Shown: positions 36,767 through 44,951, counted from the first letter of the stretch. The stretch: 64,000 bases of DNA from Thiocapsa sp. UBA6158 (GCF_002423035.1 NZ_DIUM01000070.1:48056-112055), one strand, 5' to 3'. Made by a program: numbers and translations. Notes: generated by a model not told the origin, from the letters alone.

Positions 36767-37011
36767 TGTGCAGAAAACTAAGCCCCTCTCTCCCTGGAAA
36801 TGTCGGGAAGTCGGGAAGGTATGGTTAACCCATTGCCTTGATTGATAAAACGCCTTCCCGACAGGGCTTTTCGGGTCGGGAAGGCAAGTCGGGAAGCGTG
36901 CCGTTACCCTTCCCGACTTTTGCAGCCTTCCCGACTTCCGAAAAACCATGTCGGGAAGGTCTAACCCCACGCCAGCCTTGAGCAAAACAGCAACCTTCCC
37001 GACTTCCCGAC
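36767..37011. promoter_or_regulatory. iteron cluster B (candidate replication origin) immediately 3' of the replicase gene
   Basis: Ten perfect GTCGGGAAG cores. Forward copies are at 36802, 36810, 36875, 36888 and 36950. Reverse copies are at 36854, 36909, 36927, 36995 and 37003. An 18-nt inverted pair, GTCGGGAAGTCGGGAAGG (36802-36819) and its complement (36994-37011), brackets an AT-richer core (TTAACCCATTGCCTTGATTGATAAAA). Confidence 0.7.
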
Positions 37012-37030
37012 TTTTCACAGATAACACCTA

Positions 37031-39883
37031 TTAACTTTCATGGAGAGCGGGGGAGGCTTCGTGTTCAGGCGATCCGCTCGGAAGCAACTGCCCTAGAGGC
37101 ATCCGCCACACACGATCGGGGGAGATGTTGGCCCGGTTATGCTTGTGCCCGATGTCGCGCCCCGAGCCCCGCTGCAGGAATCCGCGTTCGGCGAGCGCTT
37201 TCGCCAGCCGGTGTTGCGAACGCGGCGCCCCTGCTCCCTGGTCTCTGGCGAGCTTGGCAATCGCCGTATACGCGGCGGCTGGACTGAGCCAAAGCTGCGG
37301 GCCTAGGTCGTTGGCTTGGTCGACGAAGTAGCCGATCGGCTCCCCGAGTGCCTCGAATCGCTGCTCTACGCGCGGCTCCCCGTCTGGTCCCTCATTGCGG
37401 TGCATGTGAATGGTTGTTTTCCAGCCCAAGAGGTGTGATCGGGATACGGGCGGTTTCGACGCCGGCACTTGTGCTGCGTCGATGACGTGGACGCGACCGA
37501 GAGAGAATGCCGCCCTGAGTAGTTCCATCGCGCGAACGGCATCCTCCGAGGTTTCCTGCAGGTCGGCTTGAACCCTCGCTTGGTCCAGCAAGGCGCTTTT
37601 GCACCGCGATTCGAGATCGGCGGCGCGCTCCCGAGACAGCGCCCCGATGTCGAGCGCGAAGCGAAAGAAGACTTCGATCGAGAGACGCATTCCCGCCAAG
37701 TTGGCCGGGATGCGCTCATGGTCCCGAAGCTCCGAGCCGACTTCGGCGCGAAGCTCTTCGTAGCGGATCGGCAGTTCGGCTTCGAGCTGCTCCGCACGGG
37801 AGGCGATCCACCGCAGATATCCGGACATCGCGGCGGCGTAGATTCCCGCTCTGGCGTGACGCTGGCACTCGGTAAGGATGTCCAGCTCCATCGTCCCCGG
37901 GGTCAAGCTGAGAATCCACATTCGCGCCCGCAACGAACGCCCGGCCGGTAGGTCTTCACCGGATGCCGAGACCATGCCTCTCGGGTAGTAGGTCCGACGC
38001 AAGCGGGTGTCGGCGGTCATGCGCCCCCGGCCGGCTTGGTTGGCGGCGCCACGAAAGACGCGATCGGCCTTGATGCTCATGGCCTGTTGATCGCTCGCGG
38101 TCCCTTGAGGGTTGTAGTCGTCGATCTCGAACAAGGCATCCTTGATGCCGAACGCCTTTTTCATCATGGCGTTTTCGGTACTGGACCAGCTTTCGGGGAA
38201 GGACCGCGCATTCCAGCCCTGCCCATAGTGGGCCATCGCCAGGGCGGCGATCTCGGACTTGAAGGTCCCCGACCGGCCGTCTACGAAAACCCCGCAATCC
38301 TGCCGATACCATCCGCCGAGCGGCGGGCCGTAGATCCGCGCCAACTGGACGGCGCCCACGCCGTCGTTAACGAGCCGCATCTGGAGCAGCGATTTCCGCA
38401 CCGCGTCAACCAATGCCGGCGGTTCCGGTGGGTGCGGGAGGTGGTAGTTCATCAGGTTGTCTTCGAGCTCGACATCAATGTCGTCTCGGGCTCCATTCGC
38501 CGTGATCGCGCCTCCCGCGTGCAGGTAAACAAGCTCGCCGCCGATCTTCCTCCATCCCGTGTGGGTGTAGATTTGGCGTGTCACCATGTCTCGGCTGTAG
38601 GTCTGGATCGCCGCCCGCAGATGGTCACGGACGGATGACCCGGCCGTGACGACGTATTGATGACCGAGCTTGTTCGTGACCCACGCCATCCCGCTGAACT
38701 GTGCGGTCAGGATCTCCACGTCCACCGTTGAGACGCCACCCGCGGAGGGCCGATAAACCTTGAGCTGCGTTCGATGCTCGGTCTCCACGCCGTCGTCATA
38801 CAGGCGCTGCTCGGCGACCACGGCCGAAAAGTTGGCGAGCGGTATCCGCTTCTCGGTCGTCTCCCTGGATTCGCCGCGGCCTGTCGTGATGGTCCGCAAC
38901 TGGTAGAAAACCCCTTTAGACCAGACGTAGGGGCCGATCTGTTCATCCTCCGGGACCTCTTCGGGCTCGGGCTCCGGCTCCGCTGCGGGTGGCGGTCGTT
39001 CCTCCGCGTGACGGGCGCGCGGGTTCGCCCATCCGCACTTTTGCGCCTCAGCGAAGACAGCGCGGTAATCCAGCTCCGAGCCCTGGAAGCTGCGCCACTT
39101 GGCGGCGGCTTGTGCCGCGTCGAACTTCTCGGATGTCGCGCTCCAAGCGAGCCACAAGCCCCGGCCGATGTTGCCGTAAGCCGAGAGCGCGAGCCCCATC
39201 CGAACCCACGTTTCATAGGGGTCGGCGTCGATGGTAAAGAGGGCTTCGCGTAGCTCGGAGATTTGGCGCGGCTCAAGGGCATGCCGAGGTGTTGCTGTGG
39301 GCTCCGCTTCGCGACCCGATTCATGGCCGCGATGCAAAGGCGTCAGGGTGTCGCGAACAAAAGGGGCAAGGTCCTCAAGGTCGCCCCCGAGGGCCTCGCC
39401 GGTAACGGTGAAGTAGCGACCCCTGCAATACGCCTCGATCCCGGTCTTGTTTGAGCCCAAGCCCTCGAACGCGGAACCGTGGCCGATCGCGTGCACTCCC
39501 TTACCGGACGGCGACCGCTCCACGTAGCCCGGTAGGATGTCGATCAAAGCTGCAAGCTCGGACCGCTCCGCCGTGTTGTCTAGGTCGATCCCTTGCCAGA
39601 CGAGTCCGTCATCATCCGGACCGAGCGCAAATCCGAGCCCAGCGTATCCGCCACGCGCGACGGCGTGGACGGCTTCGTCCATCGTCACCAGGCAAGCCAG
39701 ATCCTCCGGACTGTCGAGCTTTCCGGATCGCTTCTTACCGTTGGCGTAGTACGGGACCTTTCGCGGCTTCGGTTTGGCCGGTATCAGCTTCCACACCAGC
39801 CAGCGCCGCGCGGCCTGCATGGTGGTGGGAATCTCAAGCTGGAGTGTTTCCAGGGGTGGCGGTGTCGGGGCGTCGTCACGCAT
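37031..39883 (-). CDS. replicase: bifunctional Prim-Pol + PriCT-2 + C-terminal P-loop (helicase-like) protein
   Basis: Prim-Pol motifs are present: RRWLVWK...KVPY, GIDLDN, SPSGKGVH, IEAYCRGRYFTVTG. A PriCT-2 block follows (WVRMGLALSAYGNIGRGLWLAWSATSEKFDAAQAAAKWRSF), then a Walker-A-like GRSGTFKS at about residue 570. Confidence 0.85.
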   Translation of the reverse strand: MRDDAPTPPPLETLQLEIPTTMQAARRWLVWKLIPAKPKPRKVPYYANGKKRSGKLDSPEDLACLVTMDEAVHAVARGGYAGLGFALGPDDDGLVWQGIDLDNTAERSELAALIDILPGYVERSPSGKGVHAIGHGSAFEGLGSNKTGIEAYCRGRYFTVTGEALGGDLEDLAPFVRDTLTPLHRGHESGREAEPTATPRHALEPRQISELREALFTIDADPYETWVRMGLALSAYGNIGRGLWLAWSATSEKFDAAQAAAKWRSFQGSELDYRAVFAEAQKCGWANPRARHAEERPPPAAEPEPEPEEVPEDEQIGPYVWSKGVFYQLRTITTGRGESRETTEKRIPLANFSAVVAEQRLYDDGVETEHRTQLKVYRPSAGGVSTVDVEILTAQFSGMAWVTNKLGHQYVVTAGSSVRDHLRAAIQTYSRDMVTRQIYTHTGWRKIGGELVYLHAGGAITANGARDDIDVELEDNLMNYHLPHPPEPPALVDAVRKSLLQMRLVNDGVGAVQLARIYGPPLGGWYRQDCGVFVDGRSGTFKSEIAALAMAHYGQGWNARSFPESWSSTENAMMKKAFGIKDALFEIDDYNPQGTASDQQAMSIKADRVFRGAANQAGRGRMTADTRLRRTYYPRGMVSASGEDLPAGRSLRARMWILSLTPGTMELDILTECQRHARAGIYAAAMSGYLRWIASRAEQLEAELPIRYEELRAEVGSELRDHERIPANLAGMRLSIEVFFRFALDIGALSRERAADLESRCKSALLDQARVQADLQETSEDAVRAMELLRAAFSLGRVHVIDAAQVPASKPPVSRSHLLGWKTTIHMHRNEGPDGEPRVEQRFEALGEPIGYFVDQANDLGPQLWLSPAAAYTAIAKLARDQGAGAPRSQHRLAKALAERGFLQRGSGRDIGHKHNRANISPDRVWRMPLGQLLPSGSPEHEASPALHES

Positions 39884-40094
39884 GGGTGAAGAACTCCCGC
39901 GTCACCGTAACGCTGTACCGGGCTCGCCGGCCGTCGCGCAGACGCACCGTAACGCCAGACACGGCGACGGTCTCGGGGAGAACGCCGGTCGTCTCGGCGT
40001 ATTTCATGAGGGCATTCTGCAGCCCGGATCCGAGCGATTGCCTCAGCGGCGCGTGTCGGTTCCGGGGCGGTTTTGGCAAGGTTGGGGTGGGCAT
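39876..40094 (-). CDS. hypothetical small basic protein upstream of the replicase
   Basis: 72 aa from MPTPTLPKPPRNRHAPL. SD GGAGG. 8-nt overlap with the replicase start. Confidence 0.45.
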   Translation of the reverse strand: MPTPTLPKPPRNRHAPLRQSLGSGLQNALMKYAETTGVLPETVAVSGVTVRLRDGRRARYSVTVTREFFTHA

Positions 40095-40290
40095 GTGATC
40101 GGCCTCCAAGCATGTGGACGGCCAACCGCGCAAAGACGGGAGCAGACACGACAGATGCACCGCGGGCGCGGTATCATCATCATGCCGGTGCACCTTTGGC
40201 TTTGATCGGTCGGTGCTTAAACGTCGCGGTCGGACTTGCAGGTCCTCCGCGAACGGCTCACAACATAATTGATCGAGGCGATAACATCCA

Positions 40291-40331
40291 GACCGACCGG
40301 GGCGCAATCCCGGCCGGTCTTTCTGTTTCCG
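40291..40331 (+). terminator. terminator-like hairpin oriented on the plus strand inside an all-minus-strand island
   Basis: GACCGACCGGGG-CGCAAT-CCCGGCCGGTC (one mismatch) followed by TTTCTGTTTCC. It lies in a 268-bp ORF-free gap (40095-40362). Confidence 0.4.
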
Positions 40332-40362
40332 CTCCATCGGTCGCTCGTCTTGGCGCGCCGGC

Positions 40363-40869
40363 TCATAGCTGGCCACCTTCCCTGATCCGCTCGAGCGCAT
40401 CCCGAACAAGCTCTTCCGCCAGGTCGTTCGCGGCGGATCCGCGCGCGCTGGCCATGGCTCGAAGGGCGTCCGCCTCGCTGGGCTTCATCCACACACTCAG
40501 CTCTACAACGCCTTCAGGATCCGCTACAGCTTCCGGCGGAACCGCCGGAACCGTTTCTTTTTTGCCACCCAACTCGACAACGCCATCGGGCTCGGTCGCG
40601 GGGGCAGGTGCGTTTTGCAGATCCTCCGCTTTCTGCGCTTCGTCGCGGATGATCTCCAGGACCTTCGTGGCGAGCCCGGGACCGCACAGAGAGCCGCTCG
40701 CCCCGGGACGAGGGATATATTCGCCGCTGGCTACAAGTTCCGCGCGATGCTTCCGAATGAACCACTCGAACGACGAGTAGCTCTTGAAGATCGAGCCGCC
40801 TTTCTCGGCGACCCATTGGCGCATCGTTCGCCAATCTGACAAATCGACGTGAACGGGTTGGGATTGCAT
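40363..40869 (-). CDS. hypothetical protein with C-terminal ribbon-helix-helix-like segment
   Basis: 168 aa. SD GGAGG 7 nt upstream. The C-terminus LSVWMKPSEADALRAMASARGSAANDLAEELVRDALERI looks CopG/Arc-like. There is an internal repeat EPDGVVEL / DPEGVVEL. Confidence 0.55.
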   Translation of the reverse strand: MQSQPVHVDLSDWRTMRQWVAEKGGSIFKSYSSFEWFIRKHRAELVASGEYIPRPGASGSLCGPGLATKVLEIIRDEAQKAEDLQNAPAPATEPDGVVELGGKKETVPAVPPEAVADPEGVVELSVWMKPSEADALRAMASARGSAANDLAEELVRDALERIREGGQL

Positions 40870-41024
40870 GAACTGGCCTCCGAAAGTTCGCCACCACGGC
40901 GTGTTTCAGCAGGCTAAGTTGTTTTTCATACTGTTCAAGCTGCTTTTGCTGAAACCGACCCGAAGCGTCGTGGAACCCCTCACTTCGTCGGTCGGTTTCT
41001 TGTCGGGCGGGTGTTGCGATGTCT

Positions 41025-41906
41025 CTAGCCGAACACGCGATCCACCACGTCGAGCTTGTCGGATGCGTTGGCGTGCATGTAGCGCGCGCTCGCGCTCAAG
41101 GTGCGGTGTCCCATGACGGCCATGATGGCGGCCTGATTGACCCCGGAGGTTGCCATCGCATGCCCGCAGCCGTGGCGCAGTTGATGGAAGTTGCGACCCG
41201 GCAGACCCGCCTCGGTGCAGACGCGAATCCAGAGACGGCGGAACCCGAACGGGCGCCCCTCGCTACCCTCGAAGACCAGGGCATCCGGTTGCTTCCCCGG
41301 CAGCAGGCGCAGTGCATCGGCCGCACGCGCGGAGAGTGCGGAGACCTGGGGCCGGCCGTTCTTGGTCTTCAGTACGGTGATGGTGCGGCGCTCAAGGTCC
41401 ACGTCGCCCCATCGAAGGGTCATGAGATTGCCGACGCGCAACCCGGTGTGAAAGGCAACCAGGACCAGGGCAGACAGCTTGCCCCATCGGGTGTCGAGTA
41501 GACGGGTGACGGCAAGGATACGCTCGACCTCCTCCGCGCGAAGGTATCGGTTCGGGTCGGCGGGCTCGGGGGATTTCTCCACGCCGCGCGTCGGGGGCAC
41601 ATGGGCACGGGGCAGCAGACGCAGGCGTCGAGCGTATTTGAAGACGGAGGCGAGTTGCGAGACGTAGCGGTTATAGGTGGCGCCGGACATGGGCGCGCCG
41701 GCCGGCTCGGTGGCTTGACCGCGGCGGGGCACCAGGCGCCCGCGTTCGGCGAGCCGAACAAGCGCAAGGTCCACGTCGTCGGCGGTGATCTCGGCGAGAT
41801 CCCGAGAGCCGAGCGACTCATCCCAAAACGCGAGACGGGCCAGGGTTCCCCGGTCGAATTCGCGCGACGCGACGAACGCGTCAATGGTCACGGAAAGTGT
41901 AGGCAT
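41025..41906 (-). CDS. int: tyrosine-type site-specific integrase
   Basis: 293 aa. The catalytic pattern is present: AFHTGLRVGN (R), HQLRHGCG (HxxR), MGHRTLSASARYMH (H...Y). It lies 93 bp from the tRNA-Gly 3' end. Confidence 0.9.
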   Translation of the reverse strand: MPTLSVTIDAFVASREFDRGTLARLAFWDESLGSRDLAEITADDVDLALVRLAERGRLVPRRGQATEPAGAPMSGATYNRYVSQLASVFKYARRLRLLPRAHVPPTRGVEKSPEPADPNRYLRAEEVERILAVTRLLDTRWGKLSALVLVAFHTGLRVGNLMTLRWGDVDLERRTITVLKTKNGRPQVSALSARAADALRLLPGKQPDALVFEGSEGRPFGFRRLWIRVCTEAGLPGRNFHQLRHGCGHAMATSGVNQAAIMAVMGHRTLSASARYMHANASDKLDVVDRVFG

Positions 41907-41999
41907 AAAACTTGCTCCGAGTGCAAAACGATCAGAACCGTGAACTGATCGCCGTGGCGGCGCACTTTCGGAAGCAATTTCAAGCGCTTAGGGTTGAAT

Positions 42000-42046
42000 T
42001 GGAGCGGGAAACGAGATTCGAACTCGCGACCCCAACCTTGGCAAGG
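42000..42046 (-). repeat. att site: 47-nt core within the intact tRNA-Gly (proximal island junction)
   Basis: Identical to 30217-30263. Confidence 0.9.
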
Positions 42047-42074
42047 TTGTGCTCTACCACTGAGCTATTCCCGC
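42000..42074 (-). tRNA. tRNA-Gly (anticodon GCC)
   Basis: The reverse complement is GCGGGAATAGCTCAGTGGTAGAGCACAACCTTGCCAAGGTTGGGGTCGCGAGTTCGAATCTCGTTTCCCGCTCCA. It has a 7-bp acceptor stem, D loop, anticodon loop CTTGCCAAG, T arm GTTCGAATC and an encoded CCA. Confidence 0.95.
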
Positions 42075-42203
42075 TTTGGAGCCGTGCATTTTAAGGCCTT
42101 TTGCGATGCTGTCAACCCCTGGATTGCATCCGATCTCGCGGCTCGCAGGGGCGGTGTGGACAAGGCTCCGCTGACGGCTTCGCGCCATCGCTCGGAGCCG
42201 GGC

Positions 42204-42779
42204 TCAACCACGCCCCTCGATATCGACCTGACCGGACAGGCTCGGCCAAGCGGCGTGCAGATAGAGCACCATCGACCAGAGTGTCAGGACGGCAGCGACG
42301 TACAGAAGAACGACACCCAACCCGTAGACCCAGGGTCCGAAGACTGTATCGTGCAGGATCATGAGCACGATCGAGATCATCTGGGCCGTGGTCTTGATCT
42401 TGCCGGTCATGGAGACCGCGACCTTGGCGCGCGCACCGATCTCGGCCATCCACTCGCGCAGCGCAGAGACCGTGATCTCGCGTCCGATGATGACCATCGC
42501 CGGGAGCGCCAAGAACGTGCGAGGGTCGTACTGAACGAGCAGGACGAGCGCGACCGCAACCATCAGCTTGTCGGCGACCGGATCGAGGAAGGCGCCGAGC
42601 GGCGAGGTCTGCTCCCAGAGACGCGCAAGATAGCCGTCAAGCCAATCCGTCAGGGCGGCCGCACCGAAGACCGCGGCGGCGACGTAGGGCGCCCAGGGTG
42701 CGCCCATGTAAAAGACGACGACAAACACCGGAATCAAGACAATCCGGAGCATCGTCAGAATGTTGGGGATATTCCACAT
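42204..42779 (-). CDS. pgsA: CDP-diacylglycerol--glycerol-3-phosphate 3-phosphatidyltransferase
   Basis: MWNIPNILTMLRIVLIPVF...DWLDGYLAR...DPVADK is the CDP-alcohol phosphatidyltransferase motif. The uvrC-pgsA-tRNA-Gly order matches enterobacteria. Confidence 0.95.
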   Translation of the reverse strand: MWNIPNILTMLRIVLIPVFVVVFYMGAPWAPYVAAAVFGAAALTDWLDGYLARLWEQTSPLGAFLDPVADKLMVAVALVLLVQYDPRTFLALPAMVIIGREITVSALREWMAEIGARAKVAVSMTGKIKTTAQMISIVLMILHDTVFGPWVYGLGVVLLYVAAVLTLWSMVLYLHAAWPSLSGQVDIEGRG

Positions 42780-42782
42780 ACG

Positions 42783-44636
42783 TCAGGGCCCAGTGGCCTC
42801 CTCGTGAAAGGCATCGTAGATCTGTTGGGCCAACTGCCGGCCGATGCCGTCGACGCAGGCAATGTCCTCGACCCCTGCGTGGGCCAGGCCACGGATGCCG
42901 CCGAACTGCTTCAAGAGACGTTGGCGGCGCCGCGGTCCGATCCCGGCGAGCCCTTCCAGCGTGGAGGTGGTGCGTGCCTTGGCACGACGCTGGCGATGAC
43001 CGGTGATCGCGAAGCGATGGGCCTCGTCGCGGATCTGCTCGATCAGATGCATGGCGGGGGAGTCGCTTGCCAGTATAAGCGGCGACTCGACGCCCAACAA
43101 CCAAAGCAGCTCGGTGCCCGGACGCCGATCAGGCCCCTTCGAAATACCCACCACCTGCAGGGCGGCGATACCGAGCTCTTGGAGCGCATCGCCGACCGCG
43201 CGGATCTGTCCCCGTCCGCCGTCGATGAAGAGGATATCGGGGATCGGATACTCGCCCTGCATCACTCGGGTGTAGCGCCGGGTCAGGGCCTGATGCAGGG
43301 CCGCGTAGTCGTCGCCGGGGGTGATGCCCTCGATGTTGAAGCGGCGGTAATCCGACTTGCGCGGCCCCTCGCCGTCGAAGACCACACAGGAGGCGACGGT
43401 GCGCTCGCCTTGGGTGTGGCTGATGTCGAAGCACTCCATACGCTGCGGCCGCTCGGGGAGCTCCAGGGCATCGCGCAGCGCCTCGATACGGCGTCCGTAG
43501 CCGGCCTGGCTGCCGAGCCTGGACTTGAGCGCGACCTCGGCATTGCCGCGGGCCATCTCGAGCCAGCGCGCACGCTCGGCGCGCACCCGCCATTTGATGT
43601 GCACACGCCGCTCGGCGCGTTGCGAAAGCGCCGTCTCCAAGAGCACACGCTCCTCCGGCTCGACGCTGACGACCAGCTCGGGCGGGATCTGCTTGTCGGC
43701 GTAGAATTGGGCGAGAAAGCCGGCCAGAAGGGTCGCGTCGTCGGTGTCCTCCGGCGTCCTCGGAAAGAATGCCTTGTTGCCGAGGTTGCGCCCGGCGCGG
43801 ACGAAGAAGACCTGCACGCAGCTCGTCCCGCCCTCCTGCGCGCAGGCGATGATGTCCAGGTCGCCGCCCTCCCCGCTCACGTATTGGCGTTGCTGGATCC
43901 GGCTCAGGGTCGCGATCTGATCACGCAGCACGGCGGCGCGTTCGAACTCGAGCGCGGCGGCGGCCTGCTCCATGCCGCGACCCAGATCCGCGATCACCTC
44001 TTCGGCGCGCCCGTCGAGGAACTGGATGGTGTGGGCGACATCCTCGGCATAAGCCTCGCGGCTGACGAGTCCGACACAGGGGCCGCTGCAGCGCTTGATC
44101 TGATACTGCAGACAGGGTCGCGAGCGGTTGTTGAAGAAGCTGTCTTCGCACTGACGCACCGGGAAGAGCTTCTGCAGCAACTGAAGGGTCTCGCGCACCG
44201 CCCAGGCGCTTGGATAGGGGCCGAAGAGGCGCCCTTTGGATTTGCGCGGACCCCGATAGAAGGCGAGTCTCGGGAACGCGTCCTGGGTGCTGAGATAGAT
44301 GAAGGGATAGCTCTTGTCGTCGCGCAGCAGGACATTGAAGCGCGGACGCAGTGACTTGATGAGGTTGCTCTCGAGCAGCAACGCCTCGCCCTCGGTGCGA
44401 GTCACCGTCACCTCGATGTCGGCGATCTGGCTCACCATCACCTGAAGACGACGTGTCAGGGCCCGGCTGAAATAGCTCGACACCCGGCGCTTGAGGTTCT
44501 TCGCCTTGCCGACATAGAGCACGGCGGCCTCGGCATCGAGCATGCGATAGACGCCGGGGCTTTGGGGGATGCGCTCGAGGAGGGCTCGCGCGGGCTGGCT
44601 GCACTCGGCATCCGGATCTGCAGGGGTGTCGTTCAT
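42783..44636 (-). CDS. uvrC: excinuclease ABC subunit C
   Basis: 617 aa from MNDTPADPD. GIY-YIG (GVYRMLDAEAAVLYVGKAKNLKRRVSSYF), a UVR domain and a C-terminal HhH are present. Confidence 0.95.
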   Translation of the reverse strand: MNDTPADPDAECSQPARALLERIPQSPGVYRMLDAEAAVLYVGKAKNLKRRVSSYFSRALTRRLQVMVSQIADIEVTVTRTEGEALLLESNLIKSLRPRFNVLLRDDKSYPFIYLSTQDAFPRLAFYRGPRKSKGRLFGPYPSAWAVRETLQLLQKLFPVRQCEDSFFNNRSRPCLQYQIKRCSGPCVGLVSREAYAEDVAHTIQFLDGRAEEVIADLGRGMEQAAAALEFERAAVLRDQIATLSRIQQRQYVSGEGGDLDIIACAQEGGTSCVQVFFVRAGRNLGNKAFFPRTPEDTDDATLLAGFLAQFYADKQIPPELVVSVEPEERVLLETALSQRAERRVHIKWRVRAERARWLEMARGNAEVALKSRLGSQAGYGRRIEALRDALELPERPQRMECFDISHTQGERTVASCVVFDGEGPRKSDYRRFNIEGITPGDDYAALHQALTRRYTRVMQGEYPIPDILFIDGGRGQIRAVGDALQELGIAALQVVGISKGPDRRPGTELLWLLGVESPLILASDSPAMHLIEQIRDEAHRFAITGHRQRRAKARTTSTLEGLAGIGPRRRQRLLKQFGGIRGLAHAGVEDIACVDGIGRQLAQQIYDAFHEEATGP

Positions 44637-44748
44637 GTGCGGATTAGAGCGCAAACGACCGATGCCGATCCAGACCAAACCTCAATGCAACACGAGGCGC
44701 TGTCATGCCGAACCGATCTTTCGCTTCGCCCCGGACCGCCCTCTCCTT

Positions 44749-44762
44749 TTGATCCACGTCAA
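44749..44762. promoter_or_regulatory. FNR/Dnr/NnrR-type box upstream of nnrS
   Basis: TTGATccacGTCAA has 9 of 10 matches to TTGAT-N4-ATCAA. It is centred about 196 nt upstream of the nnrS ATG. Confidence 0.5.
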
Positions 44763-44951
44763 GGCTGCATCCTTACGCCATCGCTAGGGTAAGTCGCTGC
44801 GACAGCGCACCCCGACCCCGCGAGGTCCGGCCACCTCAGCGCAAGACGACCTGCGCGATCCGGCTCGACCGCCTCCGACACCAACTCCCGACGCTCGGGA
44901 GCCGGCCCTGCTCGGGCTCGCTCCCGACCACCGATAAGGACAAGCACACAG

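Larger units (their letters stand above)
30217..42046. mobile_element. tRNA-Gly-integrated 11.8-kb element (integrase + Prim-Pol replicase + iterons + small-ORF cargo); satellite-like
   Basis: Bounded by the 47-bp direct repeat. The integrase gene lies next to the intact tRNA. All ORFs are on the minus strand. No structural, lysis or conjugation genes were recognised. Confidence 0.85.

Noticed and set aside
40073-40780. Plus-strand 235-aa ORF in the island.
   Set aside because: It has low-complexity Ala/Ser/Arg composition, is antisense to a well-supported minus-strand gene with a GGAGG SD, and runs through the terminator-like hairpin.
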